Assembly: GCA_045599245.1 (NCBI GenBank)
Contig: JAZRVP010000077.1
Location: 17,691 to 81,690, forward strand
DNA from: Myxococcota bacterium
Lineage (GTDB): Bacteria; Myxococcota_A; Bradymonadia; UBA4248
Direction of reading: 5' to 3'
Length of the DNA stretch: 64,000 bases
The position numbers and the translations under genes are program-made. Below the pieces are notes generated by a model, which saw nothing but the letters and a program-made list of their open reading frames with translations, was not told the DNA's origin and ran no database searches. Shown one piece after another: positions 38,463 to 49,800 of the stretch. Positions within the stretch are counted from its first letter, which is position 1, and the number at the start of each line of letters is the position of its first letter.

Positions 38463-40654
38463 AAGGAAGAAAAGGAATGAGAGAAAACTGCCCAAAAATG
38501 CATCTCTTCATGCTTCAGATCATGGGAATGATTGTGTTGGGGTGTGGAGATGGAATGTTTCAGGCACCGGATGACAGCCTTCGTATGCTGCAGGCGGATG
38601 TGTCCGGTGAAAAATATGAGCATGCAGCAGAAGTGATTGAAAATGCGAGATTTTATGCAGTCAAAAAGGATCATCCCAATCTCGATTATAATGCGGCTAT
38701 TATTGATATTTTGTCCGGAAACTGCGGTAATGGCAGGGAAAAAATAACGAAAATCATCGACGCAATCGAAATTGAACAGAAGCAGGCGGATACCGGTCGA
38801 GAGAGCGGTGAAATCTCGGAAAACAAGCGAGTGTTTTTAGCACAGCTTCATCACGCTTATGCCGTAAGTCTGCTATGTCCAACCAATTTAAAATACAGCC
38901 CATCTGACAGAGATCTCGAAGCGAGTTTAAGGCATTTATATTTGGCATCAAGTCTAGGTATTGATGAACGCCAAACAATTGACCATGTGTTAAGGCAGTG
39001 GATACCAACCTGCGGGTCTTTTATTCCGGAATGGCAGAAAAAAGCGGTAAATTCGGAACATGCCTTATATATGAAAAGCAGTCACAATACTGAACTGACG
39101 GTGTGTCCCGAGGGAGTGTGGCTTGTTTTTGAAGCGCGAGTTCACGAACAGTTGTTTGTAAATTTTGAACTCATGCCGCTTGAACGCACGGTTTGGCCGG
39201 ATGAATCGAGTCTGCTGCCTTTTTCGCAGTTTTCAATTGAAATTTTGGAAGCACCCAAGGCGGGAGAAGGCTTTGGCAAACCGGTTCAAAGTTATCAGCA
39301 GCCAATACCGGAAACGGTACCGAAGGATGATGATTATCAGAAAATTCGGGTAAAACTTGATGCGTTTGACGTGAAGAAAACCGGCATACATTATCTTCAT
39401 TTATATACGAAAAACTATGGAGAAGTTCGCTTTGATGGTGATTTCAGCCGCAGCACAGATTGTCGATACATTGATGATCGAGTGACGTATTCAGCGGAAC
39501 TTGAGCTTCAGAAATTTAATCTGGGTGTTCATGAACGCATTACGGATTTGGTGTTATGTCCAGAAAGACCCGATGTTTTTACATTCAAACTGGATGCAGG
39601 CCAAAGTGCCATGGTTTCATTTCGATTAAAAGAAGAGGTTTCGGATGAGCATGGTTTTGAAATAAGATTGAGAACTGAGAACGGGGAGAGCATACCGGAA
39701 CATGCGCTTTTGCAGGAGAAAGCGACACAATCAGAGCGCGGTTATGTTCGATTTAAACATCGTCATGATATAGAAAAATCGTTAGGAATCGTGAATCATT
39801 TGCTAGATCATGTGATATTTCAAAATACGAATGAAACAGAAATGACTTATGAGGTGGAATTGCAATCGCATGGGGAGACAATCAATTACGAAATTTCACT
39901 GGCCGTATCCCATCCGTGCAGCGAAAAAGAGAAGATTCGTCAAATCAATATGAATCTGGAGAATATTGCGACGAAAGGAACGGTTGGTGTGCTTCCGGAA
40001 TGGATGTGCTCCGGTGATATTATTGAGTATCATCCTGTGTTATCCAGGGAGACAGAAGTGCTCAATGCAAGTGTTTCTTCGTGGGTTCTTGGTGGTGAAC
40101 CGCTTCGTCAATCGGATGTATATTTAGAGGCCTATCTAAAGAATGAAGATGATGCTCAATCATATATTGTAGAAAAGGGTAGAGACAGGGAAGCCGACTG
40201 GACGCCGGATGAGTTTATCAGTTCGCATCAGTTGTTTAAACCCATTACGCGCAACAGTATCATTCAGGTTCGGAATGAGAGAACGGGATTTTCGCTGATC
40301 AATGCGGAGCTGACGGATTCGGATCAGGACAAGGACGATTCTCAGAAAAATCAGGAAGACCAGAAATCATCAAAAGAGAATAAAAAAGACAAGACCGACG
40401 GTAATGATACGCAAAACAACTCGCCAGACAAGCCATCAGAAAGCCCCTCGACGCCCAACGGACCGGGAACGGATGGCGCAGGTGACGAATCGACACCGGA
40501 TGAAAATGCGGAAGGGACAAATGCTTCTGCATACGATTCCCAGAGTACAGAAAAAGATTTAATCGATGCGCTTCTTGATGACATTGAGATGGGACAATTT
40601 TATGTGCCTCTTTCTGGTCAGGCTGCGGAAGAAGAACAAGGCAAAGACTGGTAA
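38459..40654 (+). CDS. large lipoprotein of Bat operon (occupies the BatC position; acidic/Ser-rich C-terminal tail)
   Basis: ATGA overlap with batB. Signal peptide MIVLGCG. 731 aa. Low-complexity tail 'DSDQDKDDSQKNQEDQKSSKENKKDK..'. No clear TPR motif seen. Confidence 0.55.
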   Translation: MKGRKGMRENCPKMHLFMLQIMGMIVLGCGDGMFQAPDDSLRMLQADVSGEKYEHAAEVIENARFYAVKKDHPNLDYNAAIIDILSGNCGNGREKITKIIDAIEIEQKQADTGRESGEISENKRVFLAQLHHAYAVSLLCPTNLKYSPSDRDLEASLRHLYLASSLGIDERQTIDHVLRQWIPTCGSFIPEWQKKAVNSEHALYMKSSHNTELTVCPEGVWLVFEARVHEQLFVNFELMPLERTVWPDESSLLPFSQFSIEILEAPKAGEGFGKPVQSYQQPIPETVPKDDDYQKIRVKLDAFDVKKTGIHYLHLYTKNYGEVRFDGDFSRSTDCRYIDDRVTYSAELELQKFNLGVHERITDLVLCPERPDVFTFKLDAGQSAMVSFRLKEEVSDEHGFEIRLRTENGESIPEHALLQEKATQSERGYVRFKHRHDIEKSLGIVNHLLDHVIFQNTNETEMTYEVELQSHGETINYEISLAVSHPCSEKEKIRQINMNLENIATKGTVGVLPEWMCSGDIIEYHPVLSRETEVLNASVSSWVLGGEPLRQSDVYLEAYLKNEDDAQSYIVEKGRDREADWTPDEFISSHQLFKPITRNSIIQVRNERTGFSLINAELTDSDQDKDDSQKNQEDQKSSKENKKDKTDGNDTQNNSPDKPSESPSTPNGPGTDGAGDESTPDENAEGTNASAYDSQSTEKDLIDALLDDIEMGQFYVPLSGQAAEEEQGKDW

Positions 40655-42051
40655 TGCATCAACATAATAAAATAAAAAGATATATCGTATGTTTGAGCAC
40701 GGTATTGTTTTGTGTGCTTACGATGATAGTGTTTCCGGTATATGGTGAACCAGTGAAGCAAATCACAGCTTCAAGAGTGAAGGATGCTCATGTGGCACAG
40801 CCGCCGGATGATATGTTTATCGATGTTCAGATTCCTTCCCATCAGATATATCGCGGCGAAGTCATGCGCATCGAATATGATGTCTATGTGGCAACGAAGC
40901 GAGGTCAGGTGTTTTATGATGCGGATGAGCCGGATTTTATGCATTGGTATAGCATTGAAGGACCTGCACCTCAGGGAAGTTTTGCATCATTTGAGGGCAA
41001 ATCGTACACAAAGGAGCCGTTTGCCGTCTATTATGTTTCGTCTAGTATTTCCGGCAAAATTGCGCTTCCTGCCATCAACGTTCAAATCCCGTATTTAAGC
41101 GGCAAACCGTGGATTACGCATGTACCGAGGGTCATTGAAGTCATAGAGCTTCCTGCTGGGGCTCCGGATGGATTTTATTGGGGTAATGTCGGGCAGTATG
41201 AAATCACATCAGATATTTCGACGCAGCATGCGGCCGTTGGCGATGTCATTACATTGAGGATTGAAATCCGTGGAAATTCACCGGTTGCCGGTATCAATCC
41301 AGTTCCGTATGACTTGAAACAGGAGTCAGACGCATTCAAGATGTATCCCATGATACAGGAGGATATGGATGAAACCGGGCTAAAGACAGGGCTGTCGTCG
41401 CGTCGAACGTTTCGAATAAAGTTTTTGGCACTAAAATCTGGCAAATGGGTTCTGCCGCCAGTTGAATTTGTGTCATTTGATCCTCAGATTCATCAGTATC
41501 GGCATCAGGAAACGGAATCGTTTGAAATCGAAATTGAAGAAGGGGAATTGCCGGAACTGGAACCGCCGCGAGCGACGACCAATTTTCTTGAAACAAAACA
41601 GATCAAGCCTATTCATCTTGTAAAAGCGTCCAATGCTCCTATGCCCGGTTACTACTGGATGGCGCTTCCGCCTGCGGTTCTTTTGATGTGTATCGGCTAT
41701 GCGGCTGTTCGACGGCGGCGAATAAGGCAGAAAAAAGCTCAGTCATTTGAACGGGAATGCGATCAGCTGGTATCTGACATTGAAAGTGCAGCGGATGCAG
41801 CGTCTCAGCTCAAATTGCTGCGCTCGCTTTTGGAAATGCGCTGCGGCATTCAGTTGACGCAGAATGAGGCTGAAAATCGATGTCTTTTGACGTCACTTTT
41901 CAACAAAACGGAAAGCGATGAAATATTATCGACGATGAGTGCTATTCGTCTCATGACTTACAGCACACGGGAAGCGTTGGATAAAGAAGCCATTCATCGA
42001 TGCGTAGAAATCATTTTAAGAAAAAAGAAATCCATGGAGACAGAATCATGA
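40654..42051 (+). CDS. BatD-like protein (signal peptide, C-terminal TM anchor)
   Basis: TAATG overlap with the upstream gene. N-terminal signal. TM 'YYWMALPPAVLLMCIGYAAV' followed by RRRR near the C-terminus. Size and position match BatD. Confidence 0.55.
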   Translation: MHQHNKIKRYIVCLSTVLFCVLTMIVFPVYGEPVKQITASRVKDAHVAQPPDDMFIDVQIPSHQIYRGEVMRIEYDVYVATKRGQVFYDADEPDFMHWYSIEGPAPQGSFASFEGKSYTKEPFAVYYVSSSISGKIALPAINVQIPYLSGKPWITHVPRVIEVIELPAGAPDGFYWGNVGQYEITSDISTQHAAVGDVITLRIEIRGNSPVAGINPVPYDLKQESDAFKMYPMIQEDMDETGLKTGLSSRRTFRIKFLALKSGKWVLPPVEFVSFDPQIHQYRHQETESFEIEIEEGELPELEPPRATTNFLETKQIKPIHLVKASNAPMPGYYWMALPPAVLLMCIGYAAVRRRRIRQKKAQSFERECDQLVSDIESAADAASQLKLLRSLLEMRCGIQLTQNEAENRCLLTSLFNKTESDEILSTMSAIRLMTYSTREALDKEAIHRCVEIILRKKKSMETES

Positions 42052-42938
42052 CACGAATCATTCCTATCGTCGTGATATTTGTCCATTTTATTGTCTGTTT
42101 GTCGATAAGTTTCGGCGAAGAGGCGGCAGACTCCATAAAAATTGAGCCAGAGGATGAAACACAGGTATCTCTTGAGGCACTTGAAGATTTAGCCAGCAGT
42201 CTTGTTTCATCAGGAAATCCGTCAGGAGCGCTTGATGTCTATCGCCGATATGAGATTCAAATGGTCGAGGAAGGTTGGTCGGAACAGCAGCCTGATTTGT
42301 TGCTCAACGAGGCGGTAGCGGCCTATCGTGCGGGGCAGTTTGGTCTTTCGATGGCGTTAATACGGCAGCATTATATATTGAGTCGGGATTCGACGGTACG
42401 GGAAGCCATTGAAGAGATACAGATGCTGATCGAGTATCGGGTCTATCAAAAGTCTCCGAATACGGCGTTTGTTCGAGGGCAGTCAGACGATTATATGCGC
42501 TGGGAGAGTGTCCATTATTATTCTGCGCAGGAGAATCGAGTGATATTGCTTGTGATATGGTCTTCGATATTTATTGTATTAGGGCTAGTTTTATTTGTTG
42601 TGCGCATTAGTCGCCGTCGAAGTATATTGTTATTATTGTTAATGATTGAAATTGTATTGTTATTTTCGTATGGGGGCATATCGCTTCGCCACAGTATGAC
42701 AGAGGGCATGAGATTTGGGGTTCTGACCGATGTGAGTTCACTTCGGACGACGCCGGGCATGATGGGAACTAAATATAAAGATGATGCATTTGTTCCGGGA
42801 ATGGTTGTCGGGATAGTGACATCGGTTCCGGGATGGGTTCAGGTGCGCAGGGTGGATGGTGTGACGGCATGGCTGTCAAATGCAGAAGTGTATGTTTTAC
42901 GCGGAAAAGGAGAGTCTGGAAGTCATCGGCTTGAGTAA
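42048..42938 (+). CDS. BatE-like membrane protein with C-terminal SH3b-like domain
   Basis: ATGA overlap. N-terminal TM. TPR-like helix. Two TM segments. C-terminal 'GMVVGIVTSVPGWVQVRRVDGVTAWLSNAEVYVL' resembles SH3b. Confidence 0.55.
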   Translation: MTRIIPIVVIFVHFIVCLSISFGEEAADSIKIEPEDETQVSLEALEDLASSLVSSGNPSGALDVYRRYEIQMVEEGWSEQQPDLLLNEAVAAYRAGQFGLSMALIRQHYILSRDSTVREAIEEIQMLIEYRVYQKSPNTAFVRGQSDDYMRWESVHYYSAQENRVILLVIWSSIFIVLGLVLFVVRISRRRSILLLLLMIEIVLLFSYGGISLRHSMTEGMRFGVLTDVSSLRTTPGMMGTKYKDDAFVPGMVVGIVTSVPGWVQVRRVDGVTAWLSNAEVYVLRGKGESGSHRLE

Positions 42939-42954
42939 CGTATTGTCACCGAAA

Positions 42955-43090
42955 CAGGCATTCTTCGGTGCAGGCCGAGCGTATTGGCGCAGCCGATAGC
43001 GGGGCCCGGGGGAGCGTATTGGCGCAGCCGATAGCGAGCAGACGGCGCGCGTATTGCCGGAGGCGATAGCGGCCGCACGATAAGGCGTGA
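42955..43090. repeat. REP-like hairpin array (4 units)
   Basis: gagcgtattggcgcagccgatagcgg appears twice. Also gcgtattgccggaggcgatagcgg. Confidence 0.7.
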
Positions 43091-43193
43091 TGCGGTTGAC
43101 AATTGGAACGATAAGAGATTAGAATAAATGGCCTTTTATTTGCCTGAAAAGGGCGAATTTCTTTTGACAGCGCGCTGAAATAGCGCGTGAATA

Positions 43194-44624
43194 GTGGAAT
43201 GGACAGCAAAAATGAATCGAGTATTGTACGTAGGAAGTGGATTCTGTTCGGCGAAAGGATTGGCACGGGAACTGCCGGAGCAGCTTCTCAACCGCCATGT
43301 AAATGTGGACGTGGTTGTGCCGCATGTGAAAGGGATTGATGAAGGAGCTGGCCGACTTGCAGAGAGACTGATTGACTGCGTATGCAAAGTGGAAGGAAGC
43401 GAGCACCATGTCAAAGTTCTCGAGGGTCGAAGCGAAGCGCATGTTCGGACGTTTTATCTTGATGAATGTGCGCTTGAGAACGGCCTGAACCTTGACAGTG
43501 AAGAGGGGATTCGTGCGTGTGCCGTGTTTGCGCATGCCGTGTGCTGCTGGATAGCGAATGGGCCGGTTCGATATGACGTGATTCACTGCGACGGCCTCGC
43601 GACGGCTCTTATCCCAATGATGATGCGCCGCGTGTATATGAACAGCGAAAACGTTAAGAATGCCAAGAGCGTTTGTTTTGTTGCGGGCACGGAAGACAAA
43701 GGCAGCATTGATATGTCGTGGCTTTCCCGCATGGGTCTTCCCGGCGACCTTGCATCAAGCGAAGGAATGGAATTTTATGGCCGCCTGAGCCTTTTGAAAG
43801 GTGCTTATCTGTATGCCGATGCGTTGGCTTTCCCGAATGACCTCGTTCGCGAGGGGATTGAGAAAAATCGCGGCAAAGATATCGGAATGGAAGGCGTGCT
43901 TTTCAGCCGTCTGGACCGCATTCATACGATTGGCCTCGGCTGCGGATGCAAAAAATCGGGTCCCGACAAGGATACAGCCATTGAAAGCACGTACAGTGTC
44001 GCCGATATGAGCGGCAAAAAGAACTGCAAAGCGGCTCTTGCTCAGAAACTTCACATCAAAAAAGATCGTCCGATGGTTGCCTTTATCGGTCGTCTTGACA
44101 GCGAATCCGGCATTGATCTCGTCAACGACATCCTCGATGACCTGATGGATCGCAAGGTGAGCCTCGTTATAGCCGGTCAGGGCAATGACGCCTATCAGGC
44201 TGCAATTGAAGGCTGGAAAGACGAGTTCAAAGGGGGTGTTGCCTGGATGAACGAAGAGATGAAATGCGAAGACGTTCGCCGTCTTTTGAGTGCCGCCGAT
44301 ATCCTTTTGATGCCTGCCAAGCATGAGTCGACCTGCCGTCTGCATCAGGCTGCCATGAAATACGGCTGTGTCGTCGTCGCCAGAGCTCAGGGTTGTGCAG
44401 CCCATGACATTCACGGCGTTCGCAATCTTGACAAAATCGGAGCCGAGGACAACGGATTTACGTTCGTTCACTATGACAGCGATGAGTTCTTTGAATCGGC
44501 CATGGATGCACTCGATGTTTATGCCTCCGCATCCTGGAACGAAGTCCGCGATAATGCCATGAAGACAAGTTTCTGCATGTGCAAAACAGCCGAAGACTGC
44601 ATCCGCATTTACGAATCACTTTAA
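43194..44624 (+). CDS. divergent glycogen/starch synthase-like glycosyltransferase (GT5 family)
   Basis: Overall GlgA-like layout. N-terminal '..VGSGFCSAKGLAREL' sits where KTGGL normally is, with the motif degenerate. C-terminal 'ADILLMPAKHESTCRLHQAAMKYGCVVVA' is like the GlgA 'LMPSRFEPCGL..YG..PIV' region. Confidence 0.6.
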   Translation: MEWTAKMNRVLYVGSGFCSAKGLARELPEQLLNRHVNVDVVVPHVKGIDEGAGRLAERLIDCVCKVEGSEHHVKVLEGRSEAHVRTFYLDECALENGLNLDSEEGIRACAVFAHAVCCWIANGPVRYDVIHCDGLATALIPMMMRRVYMNSENVKNAKSVCFVAGTEDKGSIDMSWLSRMGLPGDLASSEGMEFYGRLSLLKGAYLYADALAFPNDLVREGIEKNRGKDIGMEGVLFSRLDRIHTIGLGCGCKKSGPDKDTAIESTYSVADMSGKKNCKAALAQKLHIKKDRPMVAFIGRLDSESGIDLVNDILDDLMDRKVSLVIAGQGNDAYQAAIEGWKDEFKGGVAWMNEEMKCEDVRRLLSAADILLMPAKHESTCRLHQAAMKYGCVVVARAQGCAAHDIHGVRNLDKIGAEDNGFTFVHYDSDEFFESAMDALDVYASASWNEVRDNAMKTSFCMCKTAEDCIRIYESL

Positions 44625-44639
44625 GCCAGACCTCATGAA

Positions 44640-44690
44640 ACTGTCGTCTGAATTGGATTCATTCAGACGGCATCATTTTTGAGTGTTTCA
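44640..44690 (+). terminator. terminator-like hairpin
   Basis: gtcgtctgaattggattcattcagacggc followed by atcattttt. Confidence 0.5.
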
Positions 44691-44736
44691 AGTCTTTTTC
44701 TGCGTCTCTCATCACTTTTTTCACGGAGATTTACAC

Positions 44737-45885
44737 ATGACGCCGCAAATGGAATCCATCATTGAAAGTATCGTCACATATAAACAGGCTCTACTTAACA
44801 AGCTTCAGGAGCTTGAGGGCGAGCCGACTGAAATACTTGATGAAGAGACATTTTGTACTGTTTTGGCCGGTGTTCCGTCATTCCGCCGCCTTCCCGGCGT
44901 GCCCGAACACATGGGATTTGACCCGATTTATCATTGCAATGGCGAAGAAAATGCCGCCGAACTTCGCAGCTACCTCGACAATGTCTTTGGCATTCGAGAC
45001 GAAGAAACGTTGAAAGTTCAGCGCACGGAATTCTTCCATATTTTCAATGAATATTACGATTTCGCCTGTGAATGGGACGGACATCCGAATTTCTCCCTGG
45101 ACGATCTCGATGAAGACAGCCGTCAGGCCTATATCACGAGCCGTGATTTTGCAATGAACCTTCGCGATATCGTAGGACAGCATGGTTTCCTTGCATGGGA
45201 TATCGGTGAACGCATTATGCTCATTCGTGCATCCTGTGCCTGCGGTATTATCAGCGATGAAGCCTGCCGAAGACTGATGGTCGAAGAGGGAAAACTCGCC
45301 AATGATATGTTCGGCAATTTCCTGGATTATGCCATCAGCGCCTTGTGCGGTGCCGTTTATTTCATGTTCGTTTCCATGGGACGAACCGAAGAAGACGGTC
45401 TGTCCGGGTTCCTTGATATCAATATGAAAATCGTGTCGCGCCTTTTCGAAGACGACATCTGGTCTCTCCTGGCCTGGTGCGAGAAAAATTACAAGCAGCT
45501 TGCCATTCATGATGACCAGATTCAGGATATTCTCGACGATGAATACCGCAATAAAACAGGCGTTGCAGCCGACCGCATTCTGTGCGAAGGTTACCGGATT
45601 TCCGTGATGTTCCGCGAAGCACCGATGAATGAAAACGATTCGGGCTGGAGATTTTTTGCGGGCGACGAAGATCAGGCATATCTCCAGGACGGCAATAATT
45701 TTGGAGCCCTCGACCTCAATCTCATCGTCAATTATACGCCGGAAGCCGCCAGTTTCCTTGATATGCCGGTTGGAACGTTTGTCGTTCGCAATGCCGAAGG
45801 CAAACTCGAAGTCATGGATATTCCGGGAGAACCGGAAAGTGGTGACGGCTGGGATGATCCTGATAATCCCAAGGCCATGGGTTAA
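44737..45885 (+). CDS. DUF1266-like domain protein
   Basis: 'HGFLAWDIGERIMLIRASCACGIISDEACRRLM' resembles the conserved AWD..R....G.IS.EE core of DUF1266. Start re-assigned to MTPQMESI. Confidence 0.45.
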   Translation: MTPQMESIIESIVTYKQALLNKLQELEGEPTEILDEETFCTVLAGVPSFRRLPGVPEHMGFDPIYHCNGEENAAELRSYLDNVFGIRDEETLKVQRTEFFHIFNEYYDFACEWDGHPNFSLDDLDEDSRQAYITSRDFAMNLRDIVGQHGFLAWDIGERIMLIRASCACGIISDEACRRLMVEEGKLANDMFGNFLDYAISALCGAVYFMFVSMGRTEEDGLSGFLDINMKIVSRLFEDDIWSLLAWCEKNYKQLAIHDDQIQDILDDEYRNKTGVAADRILCEGYRISVMFREAPMNENDSGWRFFAGDEDQAYLQDGNNFGALDLNLIVNYTPEAASFLDMPVGTFVVRNAEGKLEVMDIPGEPESGDGWDDPDNPKAMG

Positions 45886-46035
45886 GGATTTATACGCCCG
45901 CCTATTTCATACGGCGTGCCGGCCCGGCTATCGATGATACGCCGGGCCTTTTTTCTATTTTTGCACCAGAAAGCCTCATTCGTTGTGCTGAGTTTGGCGT
46001 TCTGTTTATACAAAACAAAGAGTTAATGAGGTAAT

Positions 46036-46734
46036 ATGAAGTTTATACTTGCATCACAAAACGCGCATAAAGCCGAAGAATTTGCTTCGGCCATTCAATC
46101 TATCACGGTCATTCCTGCAGAACATGGCGTCGATGTCGATGAGAATGCCGATTCATTTATAGGAAACGCCCGTCTGAAAGCGCGTGCATTTGCCGAAGTG
46201 TTTAAAGACAATGCTCTTGCCGACGATTCAGGTCTCTGTGTCGATGCATTGAACGGAGCTCCCGGAATTTACAGCCAGAGATTTGCTGTAATGGGAGAGG
46301 ATGTCGATAACGATGTCGATCGAACGGCAGCCAACAATCGCAAGCTTTTACGCCATCTTTCTGGGCTTGAAAGGGAACAGCGCGGTGCGCATTTTACATG
46401 TGCCCTGTGTCTGGTCGTTGTCAAACCGGAAGATATTGAGCGAATGAAGACGATTGCATTATCGCATGCCGAGGCTCAAATATCGTTTTTTGATGAAAAA
46501 GAGCAGAGTGTTGATATGTATTCACCGTCGATTGTTCGTGCAGAACTCGTCCTGGAAGGGCAAGCCTTTGGCTATATATTAGAAGAAAAAAGGGGAGAAA
46601 ATGGATTTGGATATGATCCGTTATTTTTCTGTCCTGAAACCAACTGTACGTTTGCGGAACTGACTCGTCTGCAGAAATTGACTGTTTCACATCGAGGGAA
46701 AGCGATAGCGAATCTGAGAAGTATTATTGAATAG
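46036..46734 (+). CDS. rdgB: non-canonical purine NTP pyrophosphatase (RdgB/HAM1, dITP/XTP pyrophosphatase)
   Basis: 'MKFILASQNAHKAEEF', 'GFGYDPLFFCPE' and 'SHRGKA' are signatures of the Ham1/RdgB family. It carries an unusual approximately 40-aa insertion (residues about 95-135). Confidence 0.85.
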   Translation: MKFILASQNAHKAEEFASAIQSITVIPAEHGVDVDENADSFIGNARLKARAFAEVFKDNALADDSGLCVDALNGAPGIYSQRFAVMGEDVDNDVDRTAANNRKLLRHLSGLEREQRGAHFTCALCLVVVKPEDIERMKTIALSHAEAQISFFDEKEQSVDMYSPSIVRAELVLEGQAFGYILEEKRGENGFGYDPLFFCPETNCTFAELTRLQKLTVSHRGKAIANLRSIIE

Positions 46735-46756
46735 GAAAAAATAGTAAAATATAAGA

Positions 46757-46792
46757 GTAAAAAAGCCGACTCGAAGGTCGGCTTTTTTGGTG
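46757..46792. terminator. bidirectional rho-independent terminator
   Basis: aaaaaagccgactcgaaggtcggcttttttgg. Confidence 0.75.
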
Positions 46793-46806
46793 TGAATATA
46801 TAATAT

Positions 46807-49800
46807 TTATTTGCTCATCATTTGTTTGCATATACTGTTTGCAGACATATATGCCTCAAGAGACTGACCATCGAAAACGATTTCCGGTTTGTCGTCAGCA
46901 TCGGTATAGGCAATCCATGCGCCTTTGACGCGATCTGAAGAGGAGGCTGAAAGACGAGTTTTTCCAAGACTTCCAATGCCTTCCCATTTGCCGTTTTTAA
47001 TGACTTTTGCTTTATAGCTGAATTTTGTTTTTTCGGGTTTATTGCCACGTGAGAGTTCGCCACTGCCTTGAAGAACGAAGCTGACGGCATGGGAAGTGTC
47101 GGTAATGCCGAGGTTTCCAGCGAATTTTCCGACTTCAGCAAAAGCTGTATTACAAAGTGAAGTCAGAACGGGAACGGGGACTGAGGTACTTCCGACAGAA
47201 ATCGGGCTCCCGAAAACGGTGTTACAATCGAAGAGTTTTGTGAACTCATAAGCGCCGTTATTATCGACAAATTTATCAGAAAGAACGGTTTGGAAAGCTT
47301 CGATGAGGAATTTGCCGTATCTGAAATTGACGAGGTCATCGGTTACAACAAATTTGTTTTCTACGACTTTGGCTTCTTTCCACGAGCTTTCACTGACGGG
47401 TGAAATGGGACGTTTTTCACCTTTTTTAATGATATCAAAGTTAGAATATTTAATTTTTCCATCATAAACGCCGTCCATTTCAGTCAAATTCATGCTGCCG
47501 ATAAGTTTGACGAACTGAATGGAATCGAAGGCATCGCAGACGGTTTTTTGAACATTTTCAGGGGAAAGATATTTATCGACGAGAGGTTGAACGATTGTTT
47601 TCACAACGGCTCGAGTAGCTTGTGAATTACGTTCAATCGCGGATTCATAAAAAATATTGGCACATGGACAGTTGCAACTTGTATAAAATACCTTTTGCCC
47701 AATGTTTTCAACACTTCCCATTGCATTTTTATTATATTCACTACATGAATCGACTTTTTCCAATTTTTGATCTTTTCCTGGGTATGTACAAACGGAATGA
47801 TCATATTCATAGAAAGCTTTTAAACATATATTTGCTCTTTCGGATTTATAATCAGTAGCACCAACATCATCAAAAACGATATAATTGACGATATGATCGG
47901 TGATAAGGTTTGCGGGATCTTTATTAACGAATTTATTATAATTTTCGATGAATTTTTCGAGACTGTTGCCAAGTTCTGTACCTTCTTTGAGGTATGGAGC
48001 GAGGTCGAGGACGGTTTCGGTCGTGTAATTGGTATTTTGTTGAATTTCATCGGGGATGGGGCCGAGTTTGATGGTGGCATTGAGATCGCGAACGGGTTTG
48101 CAGACATCTTTTGTGGAGCCATCATCCAAGGTGACTGTGTATTTATCGGCTTTTTTGCATTTGAGAGGGGAGTATGCGGGGCCAAAGCTGAAAGGGCCTT
48201 CACAACCGATGGCAACCGGTTTGTCGCCCTGATTTGCGACGGCATAAATGATATATTTTTGAGGAGTCGAAGACCGATCAGAAGCCTTATAGCTGTCACC
48301 GGCATCTGTTCCTTCGAGGCTGCAGAAGTTAGGTGCACCGCCCAGGCTGCTTGACGATGGGAGGGCTTCGCAATCTGATTCGCGAGTATCTTTGTCATTG
48401 ATGACGAAATTGCTTCCGCAGGAATGATAATCAGCCGAAAGGGCATAATAGCTGACGCTGTCAAAAGAAGTTCCAGAGACTCCGGAACTGTCGGCAGTCA
48501 CGTTGATATTGTTGATATTGGTGGGTTCGGACTTATCGGACATTGTACCTGTGACGGTGACATAAATGCTTTTTGCATCCATATTTTCGCCATTTTTGAG
48601 GTTTGGATACATGGCATTGACCTGATAAGTGGTTGCTTTGGAACCGGCATTAAATTTAATGGTGGCTACGCCTTTGTCATCGGTGTGAGATTTTGAAGCT
48701 GACAGAGAGGCATCGGCTCCGGCCGGAGAATTGAGTGTCCAGAGGATATTGTCGTGAACGGGTTCCATGGTGGAACCGTTTTTCCAGATGAGTTTGACTT
48801 TGAGATCGATAGATTCTCCAACTTTAGTCGTTTTATAGCTGTCGCCGTCGACGATGAGTTCGAGGCACTGGGCTTCGCCTTCTTTATTTTTCTGAGGAAT
48901 ACAGCATTCGGGTTTGTTGCCTTCGTTATAGCATTTGGCAATATCCTCTTCTTTGGTGCAAGTTATGAGGGAGCCGCAGCTGCTTACTTTTTCGGGATAA
49001 ATCGGATTTGGTGTCCAGGGGTCTTTTGGCTGTTCCGGTTCTGATGGCGGGAGACTGGGAATGGAGCCCGTGTCATTTGTTGTCGTGATCGTGAAGACAA
49101 ATGGAATGAGATTGTCTTTGTCATCTTTGGCATTGGGGTGGAAGACACTGACGTAGTAGAGGGAATCGACACCGGTGCCGGTATAGAAATTGTTGGTGGC
49201 AATACCGTCATTGTTGGTAATGGGAGAATTATTTGTAATCGTAGCATTGTCATTGACGGATTTGCTGCGGGTAACTTTCCACCACGTTTTTGTATTTTTA
49301 ATTGGTTTAGGGGGATTGGAGTCTTTTTCGGAGACAAGAACCTGAAGTGCGAGTGTTTTGACGACTGGGGATGAGATGGACTGAACGCCACCCTCGGGCA
49401 GAGAGATTGTGACGGGACCGATATCAGGAATGTAGGGGTCCATTTCCGATGGCGGAGTTTTGGCGTCCTCAACATTTACTTCACTGTGATCACCGCCCTG
49501 GTAGGTTGGAAGATTCAGGGAGTTGTTGACGAGAATAGGAATGAGGACTGGCTTTGCCTTTTTGGCGCTTGTTTCGAGGAAATATAGGGCATCATAAGCA
49601 TTTCCGGTCCAGAATGGAATTGTAAATACTTTTGAATCGTCGGCCAGATCCGTCAAGTGTTCGACTTTGTCTTTATTTTTAGCGGAATCAATGAGCATCC
49701 CGTTATTGGATTTATAGGAACCTTTTTTGAGATCGACATTAATTGTTCCACTTTTTTCAGTATCTTTTTTAATATCTATAAGTTTTACATAAACGGATTG

